Below, piece by piece: positions 40,175 through 49,412 of a stretch of DNA of 64,000 nucleotides. The position numbers and the translations under genes were made by a program. The stretch is from a virus (taxonomy: Duplodnaviria; Caudoviricetes). Positions within the stretch are counted from its first letter, which is position 1; each line of letters opens with the position of its first letter. The stretch covers positions 50,332-114,331 of the IMG/VR virus record IMGVR_UViG_3300032280_000320; one strand, written 5' to 3'. The notes beneath the pieces are model-generated. The model made no database searches and was not told the DNA's origin. It worked only from the letters and a program-made list of their open reading frames with translations.

Positions 40175-40227
40175 GTTGCCTCCATGCGGTGTAACCTTAT
40201 CTAATTATATCGTATATTTTATTATGA

Positions 40228-40461
40228 TTACCACTTTTTTAGTGGACATTCCGCATATTTTATTTTTGTTTTAGCTTTCATTATACACCCACATTCTTTA
40301 CATTGTGTTGTAAGACTTATGAATCTTGGGCATTCTTTGCATATAGATAGTTTTGATTCCGCTTCATCATCAGATACATACTCAGTTCTAGGATTCAATA
40401 AATCCCACGGTCTTGTATCTCCAAGCTTTTCTTTATAGTTTTCCCATGCAGAAAGTGTCAT
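40228..40461 (-). CDS. Small Cys-rich (probable Zn-binding) protein
   Basis: CKEC...QCKECGC...CPLKKW; translationally coupled to the upstream PPxF gene. Confidence 0.7.
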   Translation of the reverse strand: MTLSAWENYKEKLGDTRPWDLLNPRTEYVSDDEAESKLSICKECPRFISLTTQCKECGCIMKAKTKIKYAECPLKKW

Positions 40462-42842
40462 TAGTATCTAAATCCAAAACGTGGTGGTGAAACAGCAAAG
40501 TGTGGTGGGAAGAACGGTGGGAAGTGTGGTGGTGTGAATGCAAAGTATGGGAATCCACTAAAGTACGGTGGGAAAAACGGTGGGAAGTGTGGTGGGAAGA
40601 ACGGTGGGAAGTGAGGTGGGAAGAACGGTGGGAAGAACGGTGGGAAGTGTGGTGGGAAGAACGGTGGGAAGTGTGGTGGTGTAAATGCAAAGTATGGGAA
40701 TCCGCCAAAGTACGGTGGGAAGAACGGTGGGAAGTGTGGTGGTGAAAACGCAACGGTTGCACAAGCTGCTTGTGCGGCAGCAGCGAGTGCTGCTGCATAG
40801 GTAGATCTATAAACTATTTTTTCTCTTGAATTAGATGCGCCAGTTAGTACATCTGCTGGCATTGATGATGCAGTATAAGGACCAGCAGCAGAAGGGGCGG
40901 ATATATATGCACCGCTGTTTGCATTACACCAGGAAGTTCCAATGTAATATTCTATTGCAATAGGTTCTACATATCCGCAATCTGCTGAATTCCAAGTCCA
41001 ATATACAGTTGCCTGATAAGTCTTATCTCCATATGTTGGTGATCCAGTACAGTCTCTATAAATTCCTTGAGCAACTCCATTTAAATAATATTGTTCTCTG
41101 TATCCATAAATTGGTCTGGACCAAGTCATTTTTGTTGTTCCAGTACAGTCATATCCATAATCAGTTCCGTTATTATACTGTGTACATGCACCCCAAGTTG
41201 CTACTGGTGCAGGTGCAGAAGGAACTCTAGAATTTGATGTTGCAGTTGCTGATCCTGCGCTATTGCTTGCTGTAACTATACATTTAATTGAAAATCCATC
41301 TAGGTATGATGGTGTTGTTATTGAAGATCCAGTTCCTATATTTATCCAAACTGATCCCTGGTCATTATACTGCCACTGATAAGAGTAAGATGTTGGATTA
41401 TTATTCCAAGTTCCAACACTTGATACTGACCAGTCTCTATTTGATCCAGATATAACTGGTGAGCCACCAGCCCATGTTGGCGCAATAACTGTTGGTGGTT
41501 TAACAACTGATTGAGCTGAGTTGCTGCTTGCCACTGGTGTAGTTAAAGTTAAATCGGTTAACAAAAGTTGTACGGTACATGATATTGCTTTGTTGTCATA
41601 AGCTGTTGTGTCATAAAGATTAATTGTATCTGATTCATATATAAATATATTATCTATTGGTGATCCGTCTGCAAACCATTCATATAAATATGAATATATT
41701 GATGAAGTGTTTGTCCATGTTCCAGTTGTTGCAGAAAATACTCTTCCATTAGATGTAGACACTGTAGGGGCTACTGTATTTACTGGTTTTGGTACCGCTG
41801 GGTAATTGATTGCAAGTCCAGGAGAAGAGCTCCAAGATGTCTCATCAAATCTTGGCGCAGTTCCATTTATTGTTATTGTAAATGAGCCAAACGATGCGCC
41901 TCCTACTCCAACCTCTTGAATAGTATATGAGGTTACGTTAGGTCCTCCATTCATAAAGCTACCTGCGTATGAAACCCCATTATTATATATAATCCAAGAT
42001 GTTGGCTGTATTAAATTTAATGACCAGTTTAATGTTGCGCCAGACATGTTCGCCCCAGTCATTGTAGTTGTTACTGATGGCTTATTTGGCTTTAGGTCAT
42101 TAACGGATCCATTTTTACCATAGCCCGTTACTGTCATTCCACTCACATTGGAAGTGTTTAAAGGATTAATTAACAGGCCAATAGTCCCATCAGCATTACC
42201 AGTATCAAATGTATATGTGTTAACATCTCCAAGAGAAGGCACCTGGGTAAATGATACTTCAGGACCTTGATATTGTAGATAGAAATCATTTGCTCCAATT
42301 GGCTTTACCCAATCAATCTTTACAACACCATTTTCTACAACTGTAACAGTTAAGTTTGTTAATTTTTGTGGGGCAATAATAGGTGTTGGTAAAGTATATA
42401 CTGGCTCTCTGTTATCTCCATATTGATTGGTTGCAGTAACTTTGCATCTTACTACATATCCAACATATTTTAATGTTCTTGAAGAATTCCATTCATCTTC
42501 ATTTAAGAATAACGAGTTCTCTGTTTTACCATTAATGTCAGACCAATTTAAAGATGATCCAGAATAAGGAGCTTTTTGCCATTGGTACCTATAAGATGTT
42601 GGAGAATTATCCCATGTTCCAGTTGAGACAGATATGGTTTCTTGTGCTCCATATAAATAATTATCTGGTTGTAAAGATATAATTGGCAATACTTTGTTTA
42701 TTGGAGTAACTTCTGTTACTGGTTTCCAAGTTGTGCCGTCATAAATAAAAATGCGCTTAGCATCATTCCAGGTAATCCCGTCATGAAGTTTTATTTTTTT
42801 GAAGGGATTCCACGAAGAACCATTCCAAATATTTAGCGGCAT
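40461..42842 (-). CDS. Multi-Ig/FN3-like virion protein with C-terminal (PP[F/H/Y]F)n tail
   Basis: Three repeats of the type STGTW.N.PTSY.YQW...C.VTA.N, a Cys-rich segment, then 16 PPxF units and a terminal PPRFGFRY. Confidence 0.85.
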   Translation of the reverse strand: MPLNIWNGSSWNPFKKIKLHDGITWNDAKRIFIYDGTTWKPVTEVTPINKVLPIISLQPDNYLYGAQETISVSTGTWDNSPTSYRYQWQKAPYSGSSLNWSDINGKTENSLFLNEDEWNSSRTLKYVGYVVRCKVTATNQYGDNREPVYTLPTPIIAPQKLTNLTVTVVENGVVKIDWVKPIGANDFYLQYQGPEVSFTQVPSLGDVNTYTFDTGNADGTIGLLINPLNTSNVSGMTVTGYGKNGSVNDLKPNKPSVTTTMTGANMSGATLNWSLNLIQPTSWIIYNNGVSYAGSFMNGGPNVTSYTIQEVGVGGASFGSFTITINGTAPRFDETSWSSSPGLAINYPAVPKPVNTVAPTVSTSNGRVFSATTGTWTNTSSIYSYLYEWFADGSPIDNIFIYESDTINLYDTTAYDNKAISCTVQLLLTDLTLTTPVASSNSAQSVVKPPTVIAPTWAGGSPVISGSNRDWSVSSVGTWNNNPTSYSYQWQYNDQGSVWINIGTGSSITTPSYLDGFSIKCIVTASNSAGSATATSNSRVPSAPAPVATWGACTQYNNGTDYGYDCTGTTKMTWSRPIYGYREQYYLNGVAQGIYRDCTGSPTYGDKTYQATVYWTWNSADCGYVEPIAIEYYIGTSWCNANSGAYISAPSAAGPYTASSMPADVLTGASNSREKIVYRSTYAAALAAAAQAACATVAFSPPHFPPFFPPYFGGFPYFAFTPPHFPPFFPPHFPPFFPPFFPPHFPPFFPPHFPPFFPPYFSGFPYFAFTPPHFPPFFPPHFAVSPPRFGFRY
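40464..40742 (-). repeat. Second PPxF 12-nt coding tandem repeat
   Basis: GAAGAACGGTGG / GAAGTGTGGTGG units interrupted by [G/S]GFPYFAFT spacers. Confidence 0.95.
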
Positions 42843-42853
42843 TTAATCTCCTA

Positions 42854-44797
42854 TCAGTATTGTATGTAAATATCTCCAGCTACGGGGCTCACTATAGAAG
42901 GTGTCTCTGATGTTCCGTATGCAATTTTGTTCTGTACATTTGGTGTAGCAGGATTTGTATAGCCACCTAGTGTTATTGTTTCTCCCAAGTTTACTACGTT
43001 ACCATTTATTCCAATATAGGCTGTTTCTATTTTGCTATTTGGAATTGATCCAGTTAATGCTGAACTTGCTATTGATGAATCTGCAAAAGTAACATTGGCA
43101 TTAGCAAATGAAACTGTTCCTGCAAAAACTGGGCTAATTAGGGTTGCATATAGAGAAAGGTCAACCGATGCCCATGATGCAGAGGATCCGTTTGTTGTTA
43201 AAAATTTACCATTATTATCTAATTGATTTGGTAATGTATTTATTCCAGTAACTGTTGCATTTGTAAAATCTACAGTTCCAGAAAATGATGGTGATGCAAG
43301 TGGTGCTTTGAGCTCTAAATCAGATTGAGATCCTTTTAAATTTAAAGCAGATTGTGTTGCTGTTGAAATAGGTTTGTCTAAATCGCTAGTATCATTAACA
43401 TTTCCAAGGCCAACCATTGATTTTGTTATTCCAGAAACAGTTCCTGTAAATGTAGGATTTGCAATTGGTGCCTTTAATGCAACATTAGTAATTGTTTCAT
43501 ATGTTGTTGCCGCATCCGAAGAATTTAGCTTATTGCCAACTACTGTAGTCAAAGAATTAATTACATTAGCATCATCTCCAAGTGCTGCAGAAAGCTCAGC
43601 AATTGTATTTAATGCTGCAGGTGCAGTACCAACAAGTGCTGCAATTGCATTATCTGCGTATAGCTTTGTTGCGATTGTGTCTGGTATAACCGACTCTAGT
43701 ATTTTGCTAGTTGAATCTAAACCTGCGTAACCATTTTGCTGGTTTCTTAATGAGTCAAGAACATAATCTCCAAGAGAGTTTTCAATATTTGTAACTTCTT
43801 GATTTGTATCAGCAATCATGTCCATTAAAGATGTTCTTAACTCATCATCTGCTGTTTGTAGTGCTGCTACTCTTGAATTAATTGTTGGGGTTAATGCTGA
43901 AATTGCCCTAGGGTTTGTAAAATAAAGGTTTGTTCCTTCTGGTAGGTTGGTAGTAGAAGTTATTACGCTTCCTCCGCTTCCCACTGGTATTGCTGCTATT
44001 GCTGCAACAATATCTGGGGCAACCGCATCTTTAGCTCTTTGTGCTGTAAAGTAAAGTCTGCTGCCCTCTGCTACATCGGAAGTTGTAAGATCCATAATTT
44101 CAGCTTGTATTGCAATATTTCTATTTATAACTTCATTACCTATAGCTGTGCTTATTGCGGTATTTCTGTTACCAACTTCTTGTGTAATTGCTGTTGATAC
44201 AGCAGTATTGATTGCAGATGTTGTATCAGTCAAAGCTTGATTAACTTTAGTTGTTGCATCGTTTGAAGCTGTGCTTATTGCTTCTGATTTTGCAGTTGCA
44301 ATTTTTCCTTCAGCATTTGATATTGCTGTGGCCTGTGCTGTATTAGCTTTTGTTGTTGCATCTGTTGCGGCAGCAGCTATGGCAGCAGCTTGTGCTGCAT
44401 TAGCTTTTGTTGTTGCATCTGCTGCGGCAGTTGTCGATATACCTGAAACAATTGAGGCATTTGCTGCAATTGCTCTAGCATCAGTAAAGTATTTATTTGT
44501 TCCTTCAGTTAGGCTTGTTGTAGTTAATGCAGCTATGGCAGCTGCAATTTCTCCAGATACTGAGGTTTGGTTTGGCAGTTGGGATGTAGGAATTTTACCA
44601 CTTGAATCAAGTGTTGCTATACCATTTGCTTCTCCTGGTTTAAATGCATAAGATGATACTGAATTCCATCTTGATCCATTACCAATTTTAAATTTGTTAG
44701 TATCTGATTCTATTCCTATTTCTCCAGCAAGAAGAACTGGGTTGTTTAGTACCCAATTTGATGCTGTATCTCTTCTAAGTTTTATTCTGACTGCCAT
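42854..44797 (-). CDS. Tail fibre/decoration protein with Mtd-type N-terminal domain
   Basis: AVRIKLRRDTASNWVLNNPVLLAGEIGIESDT; repeated T..L.EG...YFT..RA units; shares the ADATTKANAAQ repeat with 38316..39608. Confidence 0.75.
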   Translation of the reverse strand: MAVRIKLRRDTASNWVLNNPVLLAGEIGIESDTNKFKIGNGSRWNSVSSYAFKPGEANGIATLDSSGKIPTSQLPNQTSVSGEIAAAIAALTTTSLTEGTNKYFTDARAIAANASIVSGISTTAAADATTKANAAQAAAIAAAATDATTKANTAQATAISNAEGKIATAKSEAISTASNDATTKVNQALTDTTSAINTAVSTAITQEVGNRNTAISTAIGNEVINRNIAIQAEIMDLTTSDVAEGSRLYFTAQRAKDAVAPDIVAAIAAIPVGSGGSVITSTTNLPEGTNLYFTNPRAISALTPTINSRVAALQTADDELRTSLMDMIADTNQEVTNIENSLGDYVLDSLRNQQNGYAGLDSTSKILESVIPDTIATKLYADNAIAALVGTAPAALNTIAELSAALGDDANVINSLTTVVGNKLNSSDAATTYETITNVALKAPIANPTFTGTVSGITKSMVGLGNVNDTSDLDKPISTATQSALNLKGSQSDLELKAPLASPSFSGTVDFTNATVTGINTLPNQLDNNGKFLTTNGSSASWASVDLSLYATLISPVFAGTVSFANANVTFADSSIASSALTGSIPNSKIETAYIGINGNVVNLGETITLGGYTNPATPNVQNKIAYGTSETPSIVSPVAGDIYIQY

Positions 44798-45249
44798 TAT
44801 ACTGATGCTCCTCCGTCAAGGATGTCTCCAACAAAATCTGTAGAGTCTCCTCCTATAATTAATGTGTCTTCTGGTGTTTCTTCTGGTTCTCCCCCATCAA
44901 ATAATGTTAGATTATCCCAGCTTGGGTTTTCATTTGATAAAGAAGGTGTTCCGCCTTCTACTCCAACAACTTCTGGGAGGATAACTGCGGGAGATGCAAT
45001 TTCATTATACTCCAAGAAAGTGATTGGATTTTGAATATCAATTGTATGGACTTCTCCATCAAATGCGTGAGTATGTCTATAAAATGGAGTTGGGTCTGTA
45101 CTTGGTGGAGTTAGCTCAATCCATGAATCACCATTGTGAATTCTTAAATTTTTGCTAATTACATTAAAGTAGACATCGCCTTCTTTTCCAGATGACGGAT
45201 CTACTTCCATTGTAAGTAAGTTTAACGCAACTTTCATTTGTCTAGACAT
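44797..45249 (-). CDS. Virion structural protein, hypothetical
   Basis: EGDVYFN...W and repeated DGG motifs typical of fibre-cluster proteins. Confidence 0.55.
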   Translation of the reverse strand: MSRQMKVALNLLTMEVDPSSGKEGDVYFNVISKNLRIHNGDSWIELTPPSTDPTPFYRHTHAFDGEVHTIDIQNPITFLEYNEIASPAVILPEVVGVEGGTPSLSNENPSWDNLTLFDGGEPEETPEDTLIIGGDSTDFVGDILDGGASV

Positions 45250-45250
45250 A

Positions 45251-46219
45251 TTAACCTACTACTACTACTTTAAACTCTCCAGCTGAAGGTGCGACTGCAA
45301 AATCAACTTTAACATTATTTTCATCATGCAACTTAATGTCTGCTTCTACAAGTGAGCCAGTTGCTGTATCAAATACCTGTACTGTAACTTCTAAGGTTCC
45401 AAGTTTATGTTCTACTGTATATGATGTTTGTGATGTGCCAAGTGTTGTTACTGACTTTCTAGCAATTGAGTGATAGTCTACTCCATTGTTTGTTAGTGAC
45501 CACTTGTCTGTTGCTTCATTCCATAAAATTTCAACATCTGCGTCTGAACCACGTTCTACCATTATTCCAGCATTTGTAGTTGCAGATCCAGTGGCATTGC
45601 TATTAAGCTTTACCTTGTTATCTTCAATGTTAATCTGTGTAGTGTTTACAGAGTTAACTGTTCCAATAACATTAAGGTTTCCGCCAACTTGTAAGTTACC
45701 AGTTATCTCTACGTTGTCTGGCAATCCGATTGTTACGGCTGCATCATGACCACTATTTGGTGAAACTGTAATTTCATTTACTGTTCCAGCAATTGTAGCT
45801 ACATAATCTCCTGTGGTCTGTGTGCTCAAAGGAACAATTAAATCTGCCTGACTTGCAGCAGTTAATCTACCTTGCTGATCTACTGAAAATGTTACTGTCT
45901 TTGATGTAGACCCGTATGTTCCAGCAGTTACTGCTGTATTATCTAGATCTATGGTTGTTACGCCAGTTGTGTCATTGTATGAACGAGTTAATCCAACTCC
46001 GCCTTCTACATACTGACCAATAGCATCTTGAATTACTTCTAGTGAACCTGATGTGGAAATCCACTCTGTTCCATTCCAGAAGTACATGATGTTGTTGCCA
46101 GTATTGTAGTAAACTTGACCAGATACTGGATTTGAAGGGGCTGCCCCTAAGTTTTGAATTCTAGCATTGAGTAACTCATTCTTGTTGAGATCAATACTAA
46201 CTAAATATTTTTTTGCCAT
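45251..46219 (-). CDS. Virion structural/fibre protein
   Basis: IDLNKNELLNARIQNL...GQVYYNT; IEDNKVKLN...AGIMVERG; C-terminal VEHKLGT...VQVFD. Confidence 0.65.
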   Translation of the reverse strand: MAKKYLVSIDLNKNELLNARIQNLGAAPSNPVSGQVYYNTGNNIMYFWNGTEWISTSGSLEVIQDAIGQYVEGGVGLTRSYNDTTGVTTIDLDNTAVTAGTYGSTSKTVTFSVDQQGRLTAASQADLIVPLSTQTTGDYVATIAGTVNEITVSPNSGHDAAVTIGLPDNVEITGNLQVGGNLNVIGTVNSVNTTQINIEDNKVKLNSNATGSATTNAGIMVERGSDADVEILWNEATDKWSLTNNGVDYHSIARKSVTTLGTSQTSYTVEHKLGTLEVTVQVFDTATGSLVEADIKLHDENNVKVDFAVAPSAGEFKVVVVG

Positions 46220-46233
46220 TTGCTATCTCCCTT

Positions 46234-46674
46234 TTAGGACAGGTGTGCTGTCCCTGAAAATGGCTGTGCCATTGTCAATGTTATTTTATTAAAGCTATTG
46301 TAATCTATGCCTGTTTCAAGAATATCTCCAGCGCTTGATTTCACAGTTACATTTGGATTGTATCCAAGGTTGTGAATAATTTCTACTGAGTATACCCCAT
46401 TTATTGGACCCTGAAGTTGAGCAAGTTCCCAGGATGTTGTTAGAGTTGAATTTGTTAATATAATTACTTTTGCGTCTGCCCAAGAAGAATCACTAGTCTT
46501 TGGACCGATAAATTTATTTAGTGTCGTTTCATAGTAAAAATCTCCAGTTAGCCCAAGATTATTTGCTGGGTTACCGACTCCATTGAGTATTGTTCTACCT
46601 CTTGGTCCTTGTGGACCAGGAGATGAAATAATTAGATTATTTTTTTGTTCTTTAACTATTACTTTGTCGACCAT
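46234..46674 (-). CDS. Virion structural protein, hypothetical
   Basis: GPQGPRG...GDFYY...IHNLGYNPNVTV...PFSGTAHL. Confidence 0.6.
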   Translation of the reverse strand: MVDKVIVKEQKNNLIISSPGPQGPRGRTILNGVGNPANNLGLTGDFYYETTLNKFIGPKTSDSSWADAKVIILTNSTLTTSWELAQLQGPINGVYSVEIIHNLGYNPNVTVKSSAGDILETGIDYNSFNKITLTMAQPFSGTAHLS

Positions 46675-47024
46675 TATATAGTTACCGACCTACTGAGAGT
46701 AATAAACCCCTCTAGGAGTTTAATCTTATTCCCATTAGTGTCAATAACCATAATGTCATATGCAGATTTTGGATAAAAGAGTTTGTTAGTTTGTGTTGGA
46801 GTCATCTTTACATCTAATGTTCCTGTTGGGCCATTGATTATAATTCCACCCGCTGGTGATGTTAGTGTGAAAGCAAGTTTGTTGCCACCCTGTGTATCAC
46901 GAACTTGTAGTTTTGCCGATGCACCAGTAAGATCAATAGCTGTTACCTCATCATCTTCAGTATACTGTATCTGAAAATTAAATGTAGCGTTTTGATCTAC
47001 TTCGAAATTCTTTTTTACTGCCAT
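46674..47024 (-). CDS. BppU-like baseplate/fibre anchor protein
   Basis: DQNATF...IDLTGASAKLQVR...AYDIMV...LLEGFITL Ig-like pattern. Confidence 0.6.
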   Translation of the reverse strand: MAVKKNFEVDQNATFNFQIQYTEDDEVTAIDLTGASAKLQVRDTQGGNKLAFTLTSPAGGIIINGPTGTLDVKMTPTQTNKLFYPKSAYDIMVIDTNGNKIKLLEGFITLSRSVTI

Positions 47025-47042
47025 TTGCCATAGTCTCCTAAA

Positions 47043-47084
47043 TAGGAATACTCCTGTACCAATTTTAGCACAGGAGTATTTCTA
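47043..47084. promoter_or_regulatory. Inverted repeat enclosing an extended -10 promoter
   Basis: AATACTCCTGT-accaattttagc-ACAGGAGTATT; the minus strand reads TGCTAAAATT across the loop. Confidence 0.55.
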
Positions 47085-47093
47085 ATCGACTAA

Positions 47094-47333
47094 TTACTTA
47101 GTTGGGGATTTGAAACCAAATTCTTGGTTGCTTGGGCTTAGTGCCTTTAGAATTACGGGTGCAACTGCTGCAAATCCGCCCATCAAAAGGTCTCTCGGAC
47201 TTGTATTTCCAGTCATGTATAGAGCAATTGAAGCTGAAAGAAAAGCTCTTGCATATGTTCCAAGTGCTGCTAAAATTTGTTCTGTCATTGTTACCTTTCC
47301 ATCTTTATTTAAATCGGCTTTATCGTGTGCCAT
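47094..47333 (-). CDS. Holin-like two-TM membrane protein
   Basis: TYARAFLSASIALYMTG...LLMGGFAAVAPVILKALSP resembles actinophage holin-like proteins; N-terminal DLNKDGKVT is an EF-hand-like loop. Confidence 0.55.
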   Translation of the reverse strand: MAHDKADLNKDGKVTMTEQILAALGTYARAFLSASIALYMTGNTSPRDLLMGGFAAVAPVILKALSPSNQEFGFKSPTK

Positions 47334-47400
47334 TTAATTATCTCCATTTCGGGGCGGGGTGCCCAGGAATTTTGGTTTTACCCAATACTATATTTTACCA

Positions 47401-49332
47401 CTATGCTGATATATCCACAATCTCGCAATTTCCGTCAGAAGTACATGCTAAGGTCTGTGTACCGCTTGTTCCATCCTCTGTCTCATAGAAAGATAGGTCT
47501 TCCCAGCGAATGCTTTTTGGCATCCTTGAAACAAGGTCTTCATAGTCTTCCTTGCTCACTTCCTGATATGGAGCTTGCTTATATGAGTGTTCTGAGTGGG
47601 GTAGGAATGATATTCCAGACACTTCATCAAAGTGCTTATATACCCAGGCTCCTACTTCCATCCACTCATCTTCTTTTACAGAAACTGTAATAGATGGCTT
47701 GTGCTCACACCATGCACGTTGGTAAACCAACCAAATATTTAAATGTTCAATAGCAGTTAAATCATTTCTAACAATTGCACCTTCTGGTGCTTTAACTGGG
47801 AATGAGAAAACGTATGTATCGTTTGGTTTCATTACATCGTCTTCCACTGGTATACCAACTTCTTTAAGAAATACAGAAATTGGATCTCCCTTTGAACCAC
47901 GAACTGTGCGAATGTAATATGGAGAATGCCATGCATGCATTCCTGAAGATACCCCGACCAATTGAGATACTGTTCCTGAAGGCTTTACACATGTGATAGC
48001 TGCAGACTCAGGAATCCCAATTTTCCCAGCCTCACCTTTATTAGTTTCTCTAGCCGCTTCTCTAAGTGTCATTAAAAATGCTTCTAATGAGACTAGGTCT
48101 TCTTTGCCAGACATAAACTTGTGACCAAACTGGCCCGTTAAAGAAACTCCTAGAAGCCTTTCCTCTTCCGTGTTATCTTTCCAAATTTTTCTAAGATATT
48201 TAAAATCAGTTAAAGTTGATTGCCAGGTGCCAAGAATTGTTGCAAGTTCAACTTTGCGTTGAATATCTTTCTTTGTATCTTTTTCACGTAGTACCACTTC
48301 TGAAAGATTACAAAACTGGTAAGGACGTAAAATAATTTCTGAACATGGGTTAGTTCCATAGTGAATATCTGGATCTCTTCTTCCAAACTTTGCTGCTTGG
48401 GCTTGAGCTGCGGCCACATTGTATATGCCTCGCTCTCCTGATTTCGAGTCATATAAAGATTTCCATTCTGCAATAAACTGTTCCATCTCTGGTTTGCGAG
48501 AATACGCAACAGAGTTATTTGATAAAGCACGTTGAGTGTTGTTTTCCCACCAGTTACCAGACTTTGCAGATGCCATCTCAATGTCGTTAATGTTTGACAG
48601 AGAGATCATTGCTGAACGTCTGACTCCACCTACTACAACCACTTCCCCAATCTTACACATTATGTCATGTGCTTCAATTGGCTTTAGTTGACGTCCTGCT
48701 GAGGATTTAAACTTTGCAATTGTAAAATCAAAAAGATTAATAAGTGGTTGTGGACCTGATGAACGTCCACCCATTGTCTTAAGTCTTGCTCCTGCTGGAC
48801 GAAGTTTGCTAACATCAATTGCTGGCACCTGACCTGACCAAAGTAGTGCTAGCAACTCACGATATGCTTTTGCCCATCCTTGTTTTGAATCTTCAACTGT
48901 AATAACTGTTGTAGACTTATCAAATGAATCTGGGACGGCAGGAAGCTTATTAACATACTTGTATTCAACAGAGAACCCAACACCAGTACCGCACATTAAG
49001 ATATACATGGTTTCATCAAATGATCTTGGTGAATCTACTGGAACAAATGAACAGTTGTATCCTGCTACATGGTCTCTATCTAATGCTGCTCCAGCTGTCA
49101 TGACTGAACGCATGGATGGCATAACATTTCTATTATATACTGCTTCTTTTATTTCAGCTACTACTTTTGAATCTGGAACATAGTCCATAGTTTTGAGATG
49201 TGATAGCATAAAGTCAAAATACCTATCTACTGTCTCACCCCATGTTTCACGACGATTATCTTCTTGTAACCATCTTGCATATCTTGATAATGCAATAAAG
49301 TTTTCATATGGGTTTGCAATAGTTCTTGACAT
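47401..49332 (-). CDS. nrdJ: Class II (adenosylcobalamin-dependent) ribonucleotide reductase
   Basis: YNCSF...GTGVGFS, VVVGGVRRSAMI, catalytic TNPCSEI, CNLSEV, TCVKPSGTVS and a C-terminal C..G.CE pair; no beta-subunit gene nearby. Confidence 0.9.
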   Translation of the reverse strand: MSRTIANPYENFIALSRYARWLQEDNRRETWGETVDRYFDFMLSHLKTMDYVPDSKVVAEIKEAVYNRNVMPSMRSVMTAGAALDRDHVAGYNCSFVPVDSPRSFDETMYILMCGTGVGFSVEYKYVNKLPAVPDSFDKSTTVITVEDSKQGWAKAYRELLALLWSGQVPAIDVSKLRPAGARLKTMGGRSSGPQPLINLFDFTIAKFKSSAGRQLKPIEAHDIMCKIGEVVVVGGVRRSAMISLSNINDIEMASAKSGNWWENNTQRALSNNSVAYSRKPEMEQFIAEWKSLYDSKSGERGIYNVAAAQAQAAKFGRRDPDIHYGTNPCSEIILRPYQFCNLSEVVLREKDTKKDIQRKVELATILGTWQSTLTDFKYLRKIWKDNTEEERLLGVSLTGQFGHKFMSGKEDLVSLEAFLMTLREAARETNKGEAGKIGIPESAAITCVKPSGTVSQLVGVSSGMHAWHSPYYIRTVRGSKGDPISVFLKEVGIPVEDDVMKPNDTYVFSFPVKAPEGAIVRNDLTAIEHLNIWLVYQRAWCEHKPSITVSVKEDEWMEVGAWVYKHFDEVSGISFLPHSEHSYKQAPYQEVSKEDYEDLVSRMPKSIRWEDLSFYETEDGTSGTQTLACTSDGNCEIVDISA

Positions 49333-49412
49333 ATACGACCTCTTCTCCGCCCTGCGGTGTAATTTTTGTGTGAAGTCCTAGTGTATCAAACTTTTTTTTA
49401 CAGGTCTAGTGT

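Noticed and set aside
35769-44797. Diversity-generating retroelement suggested by the Mtd-type N-termini
   Set aside because: No reverse transcriptase in the window and no template/variable repeat pair differing at adenines. Only the N-terminal anchor domain is shared with Mtd.
47401-49332. Intein or intron in the ribonucleotide reductase
   Set aside because: The ORF is continuous at 643 aa with all motifs normally spaced and no intein splice-junction block.
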